DNA of 62,889 nt, counting the filler, from Globobulimina sp. (lineage: Eukaryota): assembly GCA_003354225.1 (NCBI GenBank). It is 26 parts of 26 records of this genome, joined end to end, with 100 filler letters (N's around TTAATTAATTAA, not from the genome) between each part and the next. Parts side by side here need not be neighbours in the genome. Positions count along the whole stretch, not along the records: positions 50,885 to 53,205 come from PIVH01007403.1; positions 53,306 to 55,626 come from PIVH01007404.1; positions 55,727 to 58,047 come from PIVH01007405.1; positions 58,148 to 60,468 come from PIVH01007406.1; positions 60,569 to 62,889 come from PIVH01007407.1; 21 more parts are not named here. One strand, given 5' to 3'. The translations under genes and the position numbers were made by a program. The notes beneath the pieces were generated by a model. That model saw nothing but the letters and a program-made list of their open reading frames with translations, had not been told where the DNA came from and ran no database searches. Below are positions 50,885 to 62,485 of this stretch, one piece after another; within the stretch, counting starts at the first letter, position 1; every line of letters starts with the position of its first letter.

Positions 50885-51798
50885 GTATTTGCCCGTCATT
50901 TTGTCCATTTCAATTATGACTGTGTACTACAAACAGTGACTTGGTTCTAATGGAATCCTGGCCAGACACAGATGGCGCAATCACAAAAATAAGCATGAAC
51001 AACCCAAAGAAACGTAACTGTTTATCAACAGATATGATGATTGCATTGACAGCAAACATAAAATTAGCAAACACACAACAAAACACTCAAGTCATTGTTT
51101 TAAATGGTAATGGACCAATATTGAGTGCTGGGCACGACTTAAAAGAGTTATTGACGGCATCACAAAACAATGATAAACAGGCATTGCAGAATATATTTAC
51201 TATTTGTACTGAATTGATGCTAACTGTTCGCCAGTCGCCGATACCAATTATCACTATGACACATGGCTGGGCCGCTGCTGCTGGATTGCAATTAGCCGCT
51301 GCTTCTGATATCGTAATTTCTACACAAAACTGTCAATTTGCAACGCCAGGTACTGTACTGCAAAATATATGTTTGACGGTCCTATCATACACAACACAAA
51401 CACATTAAGGAGTAAATATTGGTTTATTTTGTAGCACGCCCGCAGTTGAATTATCTCGTTGTGTCGGCAAGAAAATAGCAATGGAAATGTTACTGACTGG
51501 CGACCCAATAAACGCACAAAGAGCTTATCAAATTGGTTTGGTCAATCATGTCATTGATAATGATGATTTGATTGCATTGGAAAGCAAAACGCAAGAAATT
51601 GCAATGAAAATTGTCTCTAAATCCAAGCCAGTAATCGCTCTCGGAAAAGCTGGATTTTATAAACAAATTGAATTGGATTTGCAAGAGGCACACCACACTG
51701 CCGGGAGTTGTATGGTTGATAATTTATATCTCGACGATGGAAAGGAAGGTTTAACGTCTTTTATAGAGAAAAGAAATCCTACTTGGTCCCATAAATAA
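50885..51798 (+). CDS. ECHDC3: Enoyl-CoA hydratase domain-containing protein 3-like (5'-partial)
   Basis: KRNCLS, SAGHDLKE, AAAAGLQL, FATPGVNIGLFCSTP; intron 51350-51409. Confidence 0.92.
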
Positions 51799-51880
51799 AA
51801 TACTTCAACTAAAAAAACTTCACTGTAAATATTTTTATCAACTAATATTTTGTTTTTCGCCTCATCAGCTAACCACAACC

Positions 51881-52858
51881 ATGGGTTCCTTTAAACGCGC
51901 TCAGTCTAAAGCGTTAGCAGTACGCCGCGGTAAACGCGTAGTCCATATCAACGAAATCAAAAACAAATGTAAACGGCACCAAGTCTGGACTCAACGTAAA
52001 GGCGAAATCAATCGCATAAAACGCCGCGCATACTTCAAACGACGGCAATTGCGTAAAAAGTATGGCTTTGCTGCAGCACCGTACAAGATCCATACGCAAG
52101 AAAGCAAACGTGTTCCAGATGAGACTATCATCGAAGGATACGATGAGGAAATCGAAGGCGAGCATGCCATGGATGAATTTGCCGCTCATTTCACCGGCTT
52201 GGCCCAGCCCAAAATCTGTATAACGAGCTCGCAAAGGCCACTCAAAAAAACAAAGGAATTTATCAACGAGCTATTGGATGTGTTTCCCGATGCAAAATAT
52301 TTCTCGCGGAGGAAGTTCACCATCAAAAACATTGTGCAGCAGTCCATTGAGCGCAAATATACGGGTTTGATTGTGGTGCACGACGATAAAAACAACCGTG
52401 GATCAAAGGGATGGTGCAGAGGGCCGCACAAATTATTGCATGTGTCACTGCCCAATGGACCCACTGCATTCTACAGATTGACAACAATCAAAAAAAGAAC
52501 GCAGATTTATAGAGGGGCCGTGTCCACTGCGCATAGGCCTGAGCTGATTTTGTCGAATTTTGCGACTAGGTTAGGGGTGAGGTTAGGTCGAATGTGCGCC
52601 ACTTTGTTTGATCAAAGGGCCGAGTTTCGAGGTCGACAGGTGGTCACGTTACGGAACCAAAGGGATTTTGTATTCTTTAGGCGACACAGATATGTGTTTA
52701 AGGAGAATGGACAGGACTGCGCACTGCAAGAGTTAGGACCGAGGTTTACGTTGAAGTTGATATATTTGCACGAAGGGCTATTCGATCCCAGACAGGCGGA
52801 TTATGAATGGAAATGGCATGAGGATATGGGAAATCTCAGATTAAAATGGAATTTGTAA
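51881..52858 (+). CDS. RPF1: Ribosome production factor 1 (Brix domain)
   Basis: TQESKRVPDET, LPNGPTA, PELILSNFATRLG, NQRDFVFFRRHRY, LQELGPRFTLKL. Confidence 0.95.
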   Translation: MGSFKRAQSKALAVRRGKRVVHINEIKNKCKRHQVWTQRKGEINRIKRRAYFKRRQLRKKYGFAAAPYKIHTQESKRVPDETIIEGYDEEIEGEHAMDEFAAHFTGLAQPKICITSSQRPLKKTKEFINELLDVFPDAKYFSRRKFTIKNIVQQSIERKYTGLIVVHDDKNNRGSKGWCRGPHKLLHVSLPNGPTAFYRLTTIKKRTQIYRGAVSTAHRPELILSNFATRLGVRLGRMCATLFDQRAEFRGRQVVTLRNQRDFVFFRRHRYVFKENGQDCALQELGPRFTLKLIYLHEGLFDPRQADYEWKWHEDMGNLRLKWNL

Positions 52859-53099
52859 TGCAGATCACTGAAAACATGTGTTGTTGTTTATTTATACTTG
52901 ATTTATATTTTGATGAGTTTAATAGTTTGTAAATCCTTGCACTCGGAAGTTGTGTTACAGACTGCATTCGAAACATAAAATTGACAAATTAATATCACAA
53001 ATTCATGCACAATAATCTTAAAATTAAAATTTTCAGTAAAAAGTTATTATTTAATAAAAAAAAAATAGAGGTCAGAACAAGTGATTTTAGAGAAGATTA

Positions 53100-53205
53100 T
53101 TATGGATTTACTGCTTTAGCCTCAGTTACAATTTGTAGAATATCAATGACATCACCAACTTTTTTTGGTCCTTCCAAGACCGTCACATAAACATCTTTTC
53201 CGTTA
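53100..53205 (-). CDS. 3' gene end resembling the eIF5A C-terminus
   Basis: NGKDVYVTVLEGP...IVTEAKAVNP*. Confidence 0.45.
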
Positions 53206-53560
53206 NNNNNNNNNNNNNNNNNNNNNNNNNNNNNNNNNNNNNNNNNNNNTTAATTAATTAANNNNNNNNNNNNNNNNNNNNNNNNNNNNNNNNNNNNNNN
53301 NNNNNCATAAAATAATTGCCATTTTGAATTGTTACATTGAAAAAAAAAGTTATACGTTCTGTATAAATGATTTTCGGACATGTTATCGTTTCGGATCGTT
53401 CACAAACAGTGGTCAGAATATACAGATTGAACATTCAAAACATTGTTTTTATATGTTTCCATACAAAGTACAAAATGTTTAAAACTTCACTAAACCCTTA
53501 ACCAATAAAATCTAGCAGCAAAATAACTCCGTAAATCGATTGGTGACACCAGACTAATTC

Positions 53561-54240
53561 ATGTCCACTCTGGAGACTGGGCAATTGTCTGAACACGATC
53601 CGTTAACTGTCGTTACAATACCGGACATAGATGACTTTGATGTCGGCGTGAGAGGAATGCCAAAGATATTAAATTGCACCAAAAAGAAGATTGTCATTGC
53701 TGGTATTTCATTCATGGTTGTTGTCAGTATTATTATTTGCATTTTAACTCCATTGTTAATTGTAGGCGGAATACAAAACTATATAAAATTGGGAATTCAT
53801 ATAACATTGAACTTTTATGTGAATGTGCCGATGTTTCGGTCGACGAAGAAACAGAATGTTACACATCAAGAGGCGAACCACAGTCAAAACCAACAACTCA
53901 CTGCGATACAGAATATACTGCGCATTATATAGTATCATTAGTTCATTATTATGATAATCCCGATGCATGTTCTGATCCATTATCTGTTGCTAATATAACA
54001 TTTTCAGAAACTGTTGATAGCAGCTTAAAAAGTCAATTATTTTGTATTGAAGGTGAACAAATGGAATGTTTTACGAATGATGAATGTGATGAATTGTTTG
54101 TGGATGAAGATAATTCGTTTCATGCTCGAGCCAGATCCATGTATTTTCTTGCGTGTTTTTTGTGTTTCGTTGGATATTGTTGCGTCATTTGTGGTATTCC
54201 TATAATGCGTTGGTTTGATATCGATTTAAAAAATATGTGA
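53561..54240 (+). CDS. Two-TM protein with Cys-rich extracellular loop, frameshifted near 53791
   Basis: TM1 in ORF 53561; Cys-rich loop and TM2 in ORF 53674; no suitable short intron, one base apparently missing. Confidence 0.7.
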
Positions 54241-54313
54241 TTAATCAAATAACAAACAAATTAATTCGAATAACAAACAAATTAATCAAATAACAAACAA
54301 ATTTAATTCGAAT
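54241..54313. repeat. ~20-bp tandem repeat (TTAATCAAATAACAAACAAA) x3.5
   Basis: Direct reading immediately after the stop codon. Confidence 0.9.
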
Positions 54314-54595
54314 TGGTTGTCTTTTTTTCATTGTGATTGTTTTTTGTGTGTGTGTTTTTATTAGAATCTGTATTTTGAGTCCATTTCAGATAATTCTAAT
54401 TGCTGTAGTTGCTTCCTCACAAACATAAGATCAGTAATCGCTTTTATTCGCGTAATAAATAGGAAATTAAAGCAGGTAAATTAAGCTTCGTTTCAACAAG
54501 TAAACAACGAGAAATTAATTCAAGTAAACAACGGCCCGAGAAATAACAATAAAACAGACACGCACACAACAAAAAGAAAATGGTTATCATATTCA

Positions 54596-55626
54596 TCATT
54601 CTGCTGAGATGCGATAAGGTTCTTTTGTGGATAAAATGTCATTATCTCCGAAAAGATATCCACGTGTATCTGTTTTACCAATCTTGATTTCATTTGGCAT
54701 ATCCACATCGTTTTGCAATTCCAAAATGTATTGGAACATCCAATATTGCTTCAACTCTTTAATAGTGATTGAATTATTCTTTTCTACAAATAACGTCCTC
54801 TGACCATCTTTACCCCGACAACGAATCTGATCTTGATATATCCCAACACGCTGTGCGCTAAATTTGGACAGCAATTTTGAAACAGATACTGTAGCTTCCA
54901 AATCCAACTCAAATATCGCTTTCGTAACAATTTTACGTAAAAATAAATCCAAGGCAGCCGTGGGAAAAATAATAGGTGCGGCAGAAACACCATCTAATGC
55001 AGTATCATTGCTACGTAACTTAAGCAAACCCAAATTTCCAATTCTCGGGCCTGTACTTAATGGTCGCGATGGTTCAACTTCATCAGCACTGCTACTTAAT
55101 TCTGGCACAATAACCAAAGCAAAGTCATTTGTCTGCAGAGAGATGCCATCATTGACAGGGTCACCACGAGCGTCTGTAACAGATTCAATGCTAAACTCAG
55201 TCCGCTCACGCAAGCCATTTGAGTGATATTCGAAAGTAATGCGTTGTCCTGGCCGCAATGTTCTATATTGCGACTGCAAATTATTTGCATTCTGCAACAA
55301 TTCATGCTGTGTTGGTGTTGTGCCATTGAATACAGTTTTAAACGCATTCACATTCGTTGGACGAAAACGTACTGTCATCTCAGCGTCTCGATTACTGCGA
55401 CGTGGAGCTCCCAGACTTAACACAGAATGAGGATCGATGTCTAATTCGTGAGCCAATTGCGGTCTAATTCCAATAATTCTGTATGCATTAAAATTCACTC
55501 CAAACGCTATAGTTACGTACGCAATATCTGACTTTTCGCGTTTCCGCACAAAATCACTAGTCTGGACTTCATACTCCATGGCAGATATTGAGTGGATATA
55601 TAACCACGAGCCCATTCCACCGGCAT
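54596..55626 (-). CDS. Protein with a divergent UFD1-like domain (5'-partial)
   Basis: VRFRP..F...LQSQYRTLRPGQRITFEY..GISLQTNDFALVI resembles the UFD1 N-domain. Confidence 0.55.
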
Positions 55627-55726
55627 NNNNNNNNNNNNNNNNNNNNNNNNNNNNNNNNNNNNNNNNNNNNTTAATTAATTAANNNNNNNNNNNNNNNNNN
55701 NNNNNNNNNNNNNNNNNNNNNNNNNN

Positions 55727-55860
55727 AAATAAAATGGTGTTTCATCTTTTGCATATTGTTTAAAACAACAATTACATATTGTTTCTCCAGAAGGGAATCC
55801 GAATGATTTTAGTGGTTTTCCACAATAACAAACCGAATTGACATTTTCTTTATTATCCAT
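55727..55860 (-). CDS. 5' end of a Cys-rich (zinc-binding) protein
   Basis: ATG, CYCGKPL...CNCC; runs off the contig. Confidence 0.6.
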
Positions 55861-56001
55861 GGTTTAAATTTCTTTATTATCCAGATTTCAGGTCTGCATG
55901 GGCGGTATGGTACGAAGCTGTGAGTTTTTTTTTAAATAAAAGTAAAAGCAACTTTGCATAAAATTAGTTCCAAGGTCAATCAGACAATGATAATTATTTA
56001 A

Positions 56002-57622
56002 TTAATCGCAATATGATACAACATTAATTGCAATGTGAGAAACAGTGTATTTTTCGAGTATAGTTACAATGTGGAAACTTTTCATCATCCATTTATGAAA
56101 TTTTTCCACACCAAGAAACAAAGTATTGTCATTGATTAGCAGTGCACGTATAAAACCATAATAATATTCACATGTCGCTATTTTCACCGCACACCACCCC
56201 CAAATCACTGCAAAAAACATGTAAACAGACATCCCAAATAAAACCACAAAATGTTCATATTTATTTGTGTCATCCTTAAACCATTCATCCACTCCATGTT
56301 CCTGTATTTTCCCTCCATTAATAACATACAAATAAATATAAAACAATGAGAAAAACGGAAATGTCCCGCCTAGAATCCGTGCGAATATGTATCCGTACCA
56401 AAAAGTATTGAATTTGAGCTTTTGCGGCTTAAACCATGGCGATGAATATGGCGCAATTTCGCAAATGTAACTTATTTTTTGCTGTACTGATAATTTCATG
56501 AATGCGATCTGATACTGCAAGCAAAGAAATCTTCCTTCAAACTGGCTATGTTGAATGATCCCGTATTTAGAGGATGCGAAATTAGTCAATGCGATGTGCG
56601 TTGTGGTAGAAGCATCATATTCCCTGCCTAACAGCAATGGAATGGAGGGGCAGTTTATAGAGTACATAATGTCGTAGGAATTGGCGGAATGACAGGCAAC
56701 ATGAATGATGGCATATAATCTGTTCATTATAGCTTCTGTGCTGGCGCCGGTTAAAGTGAATCGATAGAATATGGACCATTTGGAAATGCCGGCATTGGCT
56801 GGATGGATGGAGCGATAATAGTAATTCTTATAAAAATAGGGGAAACTGAAGGGAATTGTGACAATCCAGCCCGCTGATTGGAAATATGTCTGTTATGTAT
56901 ACAATATATGTTACATGCAATGTATGTATACCTAGAAAGGTATAAAGCAAGACTTGGTTAACAGCGCCCAACTTATTGTTCCAGTCAATGTATAGAAACA
57001 TAAAAATAGCATATAGAATAATGAGTATTTCCATGCTCAAGGACAAGGCTAGAAAATGATCATGAAATACAGTGATATTATTGATGATATGTTTCATTCG
57101 AATATATGTCAAATCAAAGATGTATGACAATTGCATAAACAGCGCGAGAAGCAATGACCAACAATGTGAGGATGGGACATGGCAGCTCTTCTCTATTAAT
57201 ATCATCATAGACAGTATGAAGGATGGGATTAAATAAAATATTTGAGAAAACAGAGAATGGTGAAATAGATTGTCAACGTATTGATTGTTGAAAATACGAA
57301 CATTTAATACAAAAAATGGCGATGTGATGGCTATAAATAATGGAAAGCCATACCATGGAATGAATTGATATAATAAACGGGGCGGGAAACATTCGGGACA
57401 CATAAACAACAAATAAAGCCATAGAATGAATGACAAGACATTTAATAAAGGAAAGACGACTCGATTGTAATAAAACAGCCATTCGAAATAAAAACATCCG
57501 TCATAACCAGATTCGATAAGGCTCCAAAAAGTGTTCCCATTCGATTCATAAAACAATGAGAGTATATATTGTGACACAAATAGTGCACAAAGTAGTATTA
57601 AATGAAACCTTTTGTAAACCAT
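56002..57622 (-). CDS. Multipass membrane protein of unknown function
   Basis: Two ORFs join via 64-nt GT-AG intron 56890-56953 (GAVNQ/TYFQSAGW). Confidence 0.75.
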
Positions 57623-57684
57623 TATAATAATAAAGTTTTTCTATTATTAAACATCACCGAAGCCTGAAACAAGAGCAAACGACA

Positions 57685-58047
57685 ATGTTAACGCAACACA
57701 TGACCCAAGCTTTAAGGCAGCACACAATGCCTTTGTCTGAAGTTATAAAGCAACGCACTGCTACAATTCAGAAGAATGATCGCGTTGAAATCAGCGGCAT
57801 ATTCATTAGCCATAATTTTCGCAACAATAGATGTATAATTCAACTATTGGAGCCCAAAGAAAACGGTGCTGATCATGAACATTTTAATGGGCAGCATATT
57901 GAAGTCGATGAAAAATATATCAAATGCATTCCGCCGCCACCGTCCACAGCATCGCCGGAGGACTCTCCGTCAGCAGAAAAAAAAAGCGAGAACAAAAATG
58001 TCATCCAAGAGTTAACCAAAAGGCATCTCGAAGAAGAATGGAATAAT
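57685..58047 (+). CDS. 5' end of an unknown protein with SH3/KOW-like segment
   Basis: IQKNDRVEISG..RCIIQL..IEVDEKYI; open to the contig edge. Confidence 0.6.
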
Positions 58048-58188
58048 NNNNNNNNNNNNNNNNNNNNNNNNNNNNNNNNNNNNNNNNNNNNTTAATTAAT
58101 TAANNNNNNNNNNNNNNNNNNNNNNNNNNNNNNNNNNNNNNNNNNNNTCACAGATCCAGACAAACTCGGATTATTAATACAATTTAGA

Positions 58189-60171
58189 ATGAAAATGGAT
58201 AAATTAAATAATGATCAATTATATAATTACGCACATTCAACCATTAAATTACTATCCACGAAACAATTAAAAAAACTTTTATTTGTTGGATTTAATTCTA
58301 TTAAAAATGATATCGAATTCAATCAATTATTTAATATGAAATCATCACTTAACCAAATTATCGAAAATGCAAAAAAATTAAAAAAAAATAAATCAAAAAA
58401 AAAACCGAAAGCAACAGCTAACAAACCAACAATACCGATCATTCCAAAAAATGCATCATTAACAAAAACTATCCCATTTGATATTATCAGTAATAATATT
58501 TGCCCATTTCTTAAAATGTCATCCATTACAAATTTAGCTCGATGTGATAGAAAATTAGCAATAATTTGTCATACACCGACATCAATTAAAAATTTAATGC
58601 ATAGATACGATCCATACAGATATTCTCAATCAGCTGGTGTTGAAATTGACGGTTATTATACAAATATGGAAAATTGGACCGTTTCAAACATTCATAAATT
58701 TAAAAATATTGACCAATTATCCATTACATTCAACATTTTAGAACGTCCAGAATTATTTAATGTATTTCAGAAAGTTAAACATTTAACTTTTTATCCAGAT
58801 TATAGAGATGAGTGCCATTCATATTTGTATCTTGCGAATCAAATGAAAGTAATGCCACTGTTACAAACAATTTCTTTTGTGTCATATTATGGTTTAGCGT
58901 TTTTTTTAGATTTTCTGGATCCGGATGAAACAGGTAATTTCAATAAAAGTATTCGTCAGTTGACCTCGATTGTGTTTGTAGACACTGAATTTGACTCATT
59001 GCCGGATGAGGGTTTAGAACCTGATGATGATGCCGAAAAATATGAGCAATATAAAAATATAACAAATTTTCTATTGCCATCACAGTCAAATAATTTGGAA
59101 GTACTAAAATTCGAAAATTCATATTTTGCCAGAACTATTCATCCAAAGTGTACTGAGACAAACAATGAATTTGCAAATATTGAAAGAATTAAAACATCAT
59201 TATCCAATTTGAAAGGATTTGTTTTCGCACAATCAGCTGCTTCGGAATATGCTGTAGCTAACAATCGCGATTTATTTCTTAGTTTAGCAACAAATATTTT
59301 ATCAAATTTAGTGTTGTTTAGTAAATTAGAGTCGATACATACTCATTCATCAAAACATGATACCGCGCAACAGCTATTATTATTATATTTAAATAATAAT
59401 AATTTAAATGCATTACATAAAGTATCTGAATTATGTATTTCTGTTCGACTGAAAACAATGAATCAAACAATGCATTCACTCAAAACATTTGTACCCAATT
59501 TAGAGAAATTATGTTTAGTGATTAAGATATCGGATAAAGCTCATTTGACAGTTTTTGAAAGAGGGATTAGAGACATTTTGGTCAATTTGGGAAAATTAAA
59601 AGTATTACAAATTGTGGCTTTGGTTGAAGATGATGTGCGGAGTTGTCGTGATTCATCATTTTGTATTAAAAAAATACGTATTTTAACTGAGCTTACAAAA
59701 GAATTATTTAATGCGTTTATTTGGATACGGAATAATTCAAAAAGTAATGAAAAACAACAATTATTGTTCAAATTCCATATAAAATCAGCTCATATAGACT
59801 CTGCAGATTGTGTCTGTAGAACCGGCGCAGAATTGGGAGCCTTTGAAGATAGGATTCAAAGTATGATACTTAATTATTTGGTGACTTATCCGCTGGGAAA
59901 AATACAATTTAAATTAAGTTGGAATATTTTAGAACATTTTTGGTTGGCACGCAAATTAAGACGTTTTATGAAAGGATTGGACGGTTTGTTTACAGTTTGT
60001 GTGAAAGATGGTGGCTGTTTGCTTGATGACCAACGGGATTATCATGTAAATGATATGGATTATGTACAATATGCAGTGAGTGTTACCAAACAAAATGTGA
60101 ATAAAAAGGTTGATCATGAAAAGAGCTGGAAAGTAGATTGTCGATACTGTTGCAACACGCCGTGGGTTTAA
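58189..60171 (+). CDS. F-box-like / leucine-rich-repeat-like protein
   Basis: IPFDIISNNICPFL..LARCDR; repeated LxxLxI units; 660 aa without introns. Confidence 0.7.
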   Translation: MKMDKLNNDQLYNYAHSTIKLLSTKQLKKLLFVGFNSIKNDIEFNQLFNMKSSLNQIIENAKKLKKNKSKKKPKATANKPTIPIIPKNASLTKTIPFDIISNNICPFLKMSSITNLARCDRKLAIICHTPTSIKNLMHRYDPYRYSQSAGVEIDGYYTNMENWTVSNIHKFKNIDQLSITFNILERPELFNVFQKVKHLTFYPDYRDECHSYLYLANQMKVMPLLQTISFVSYYGLAFFLDFLDPDETGNFNKSIRQLTSIVFVDTEFDSLPDEGLEPDDDAEKYEQYKNITNFLLPSQSNNLEVLKFENSYFARTIHPKCTETNNEFANIERIKTSLSNLKGFVFAQSAASEYAVANNRDLFLSLATNILSNLVLFSKLESIHTHSSKHDTAQQLLLLYLNNNNLNALHKVSELCISVRLKTMNQTMHSLKTFVPNLEKLCLVIKISDKAHLTVFERGIRDILVNLGKLKVLQIVALVEDDVRSCRDSSFCIKKIRILTELTKELFNAFIWIRNNSKSNEKQQLLFKFHIKSAHIDSADCVCRTGAELGAFEDRIQSMILNYLVTYPLGKIQFKLSWNILEHFWLARKLRRFMKGLDGLFTVCVKDGGCLLDDQRDYHVNDMDYVQYAVSVTKQNVNKKVDHEKSWKVDCRYCCNTPWV

Positions 60172-60251
60172 TCATAATTGTATTTAATTATATCTTTAAT
60201 TATCACCACTAGAAAATAAATAAAACACCAAAGCAAAAAACTTAAAAGACG

Positions 60252-60468
60252 ATGCTGCAGTTTTTACTCTCTGCATTGTTTATAATTGAATCATTAAGCG
60301 AATCGCCAACAAAAAAATTAGGCGCATTTTTCTCAAACGCAAGAAATGAAGTGATTGAAAGGAATAAAAATTACAAAAAAACCAAGCCATCAAAACCTGA
60401 TAAAGAGCACATATTATTCAAACCAAAGAAATATAAAATGAATATGCAAGATTCAGTGGAGACTCGTT
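60252..60468 (+). CDS. 5' end of a possibly secreted protein
   Basis: Signal-like MLQFLLSALFIIESLS; runs off the contig. Confidence 0.5.
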
Positions 60469-60637
60469 NNNNNNNNNNNNNNNNNNNNNNNNNNNNNNNN
60501 NNNNNNNNNNNNTTAATTAATTAANNNNNNNNNNNNNNNNNNNNNNNNNNNNNNNNNNNNNNNNNNNNAAAACATTCAAAGAAAATTATAAAGCTGATAC
60601 TAATTGGAATGCTTTTGAAGAGGTCCAATTCATTAAT

Positions 60638-61717
60638 TTGCGTCGGAATATATTAAGTATTTTGAAAACTGATAAAAATTATAATATAAAAAAATTGCGT
60701 TACCCACCACCAGAAGCAACCTTGACAGATTTACAAAAAAAAGGATATAAAACAAAACATAATTATAAGAATACATCTTTACACAGACTCCGTACATTAA
60801 GAGAGAACAAACGAATATGTAAACGCGTTGAAATGACACAATATGACAGTGCTGCAGCAGCAGTTGAGCCCAAATCAAACACAAATAATCAAAATTTAGC
60901 TGTTCCTTGCAATACATTGAATCAATTTGCATATAAACCAAACGAAAATGTATCTCATTCTCATTCTAATTCAAATCAAAATATTTGGAATTTATCTCAT
61001 CAAAACAAAGCATTAAATCAATTTAAATTTCAACAAAATAATATTAATGTACCTAATCCAAGTTCAATTAAACAAAATCATTATTTATCTCATCCATATC
61101 AAGCAAACACAAATATCTCTCATTCCAATTCAAACAAAAACAATTATAATCATCAATATCAATCTAATAATATCAATGTACCTCATTTAAACTATTCAAA
61201 TAATTCTAACATTTATTCTTGTTCAATTAATGAACACTCAAATAATAATATTTTATCTCATGCAAATATTGGCATTCCGCCACCGTTACCAATGCCAATA
61301 CCAATCCCATTGGTCCCTGCTAATCAGACAGGTAATATCGCGGATATGGTTCGAAAACGAAGCCATGATGGTTTACAATTATTAGCTGCAAAAACTCAAG
61401 CATTTGGAAGTAAGCAAAGCTCGACATTTAAGAAAGCTGCATATAATACGGGTTCACAAGATCACAGACAAAGATTTGGCTATAAACAACCACAGATGAT
61501 TTATAATCCATTACTAAGTGGTAATATTAGAAATATTATGTCAACCAAACATAAACAAAATAAAAAAGCAAACAAAAGGAAAAGGAAGAAATATAATGAT
61601 GGATTGACAGATGTTACACCACAAACAATGAAAAATGCATTAAAAGAAGAGAATGATGATACCAATCCACTTAAAAAAAGGAAAAGAAACGGACGGAATA
61701 AATTAAAATCAAAATAA
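60638..61717 (+). CDS. N/H-rich low-complexity basic protein (5'-partial)
   Basis: 359-aa ORF with internal imperfect repeats and basic NLS-like tail. Confidence 0.65.
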   Translation: MRRNILSILKTDKNYNIKKLRYPPPEATLTDLQKKGYKTKHNYKNTSLHRLRTLRENKRICKRVEMTQYDSAAAAVEPKSNTNNQNLAVPCNTLNQFAYKPNENVSHSHSNSNQNIWNLSHQNKALNQFKFQQNNINVPNPSSIKQNHYLSHPYQANTNISHSNSNKNNYNHQYQSNNINVPHLNYSNNSNIYSCSINEHSNNNILSHANIGIPPPLPMPIPIPLVPANQTGNIADMVRKRSHDGLQLLAAKTQAFGSKQSSTFKKAAYNTGSQDHRQRFGYKQPQMIYNPLLSGNIRNIMSTKHKQNKKANKRKRKKYNDGLTDVTPQTMKNALKEENDDTNPLKKRKRNGRNKLKSK

Positions 61718-61989
61718 ATAGTTTATCTCATTACATTATCATTTTTTTGTTTTGTTTGTTTTGTTTTGTTTGAGTTGGTTTCTTTTTTGTCATTTATATC
61801 GTAAAGGGTTGGACTAAAAAATATATATATTATTATGTATGTGGGTGGGTGAAGCCTCTGACCAAAGATGTCATGTCCCCAAAGAGTATATGCCCAAAAA
61901 TGAAATAATAATATAATGTCCATAATGCCCAATTAATCCATGAAATAAATGCGAAATCCATGTCATGTGTTAATATTGGTTGATTTCCA

Positions 61990-62189
61990 GAGCCTACACA
62001 AGTTAATTAGTCACTATGTGACTATTTAGTGACTATTTGTGACTATTTAGTGACAAAAACGAAAATGGGCAACTATTTAGTGACTATTTCAATACAGAAA
62101 CGGAAAATGGTGACTATTTAGGTAACTATTTTTGTCTATTTAGGAAACATACGCAACTATTTAGGCGACTATTTAACTTGTGTAGGCTC
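61990..62189. mobile_element. 200-bp MITE with 25-bp TIRs and 8-bp target-site duplication
   Basis: GAGCCTACACAAGTTAA...TTAACTTGTGTAGGCTC (17 bp perfect, 25 bp with 2 mismatches); GATTTCCA at 61982-61989 and 62190-62197; internal RACTATTT repeats. Confidence 0.88.
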
Positions 62190-62259
62190 GATTTCCAACG
62201 CTCAAACCAAAGTAAAAGGCAAATTGAAGTTGTTGATGTTGTCACTAAAAACATCTTTT

Positions 62260-62485
62260 CATTTGCAAGTTACTGCACTCGCAATAATTGTAACGGGATG
62301 AGGCACACACAAATAACAAATTATTTAGTTCATTAGTTCATATCACAGATGATCTGATCATGGATGTTACGATGCCTTAACTCCCGCAGTATTAAATAGT
62401 ATCAAATTTATATTATGACTGGAAACGCATCGGTCAAGGAAACAGTACATCGGTCAGACAAACAGATCCGTTGGAATAGGTCAGA
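62260..62485 (+). mobile_element. Decayed GIY-YIG endonuclease, Penelope-like retroelement relic
   Basis: YCTRNNCNG, NNKLFSS, HGCYDALTPAV and RKQYIGQTNRSVG across broken frames. Confidence 0.55.

Noticed and set aside
54241-54313. 20-bp repeats as a CRISPR array
   Set aside because: Head-to-tail AT-rich minisatellite without spacers.
56728-56953. Apparent frameshift between ORFs 56828-57622 and 56002-56727
   Set aside because: Explained by a normal 64-nt GT-AG intron (56890-56953).
2325-60568. Regularly spaced TTAATTAATTAA palindromes and cross-contig gene neighbourhoods
   Set aside because: Artificial linkers between length-sorted contigs; ORFs containing X runs and any operon-like context across them are artefacts.
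62008-62175. GACTATTTAG array as CRISPR or telomere
   Set aside because: Units are 9-11 bp, irregular, without unique spacers or cas genes, and are enclosed by TIRs and a TSD.
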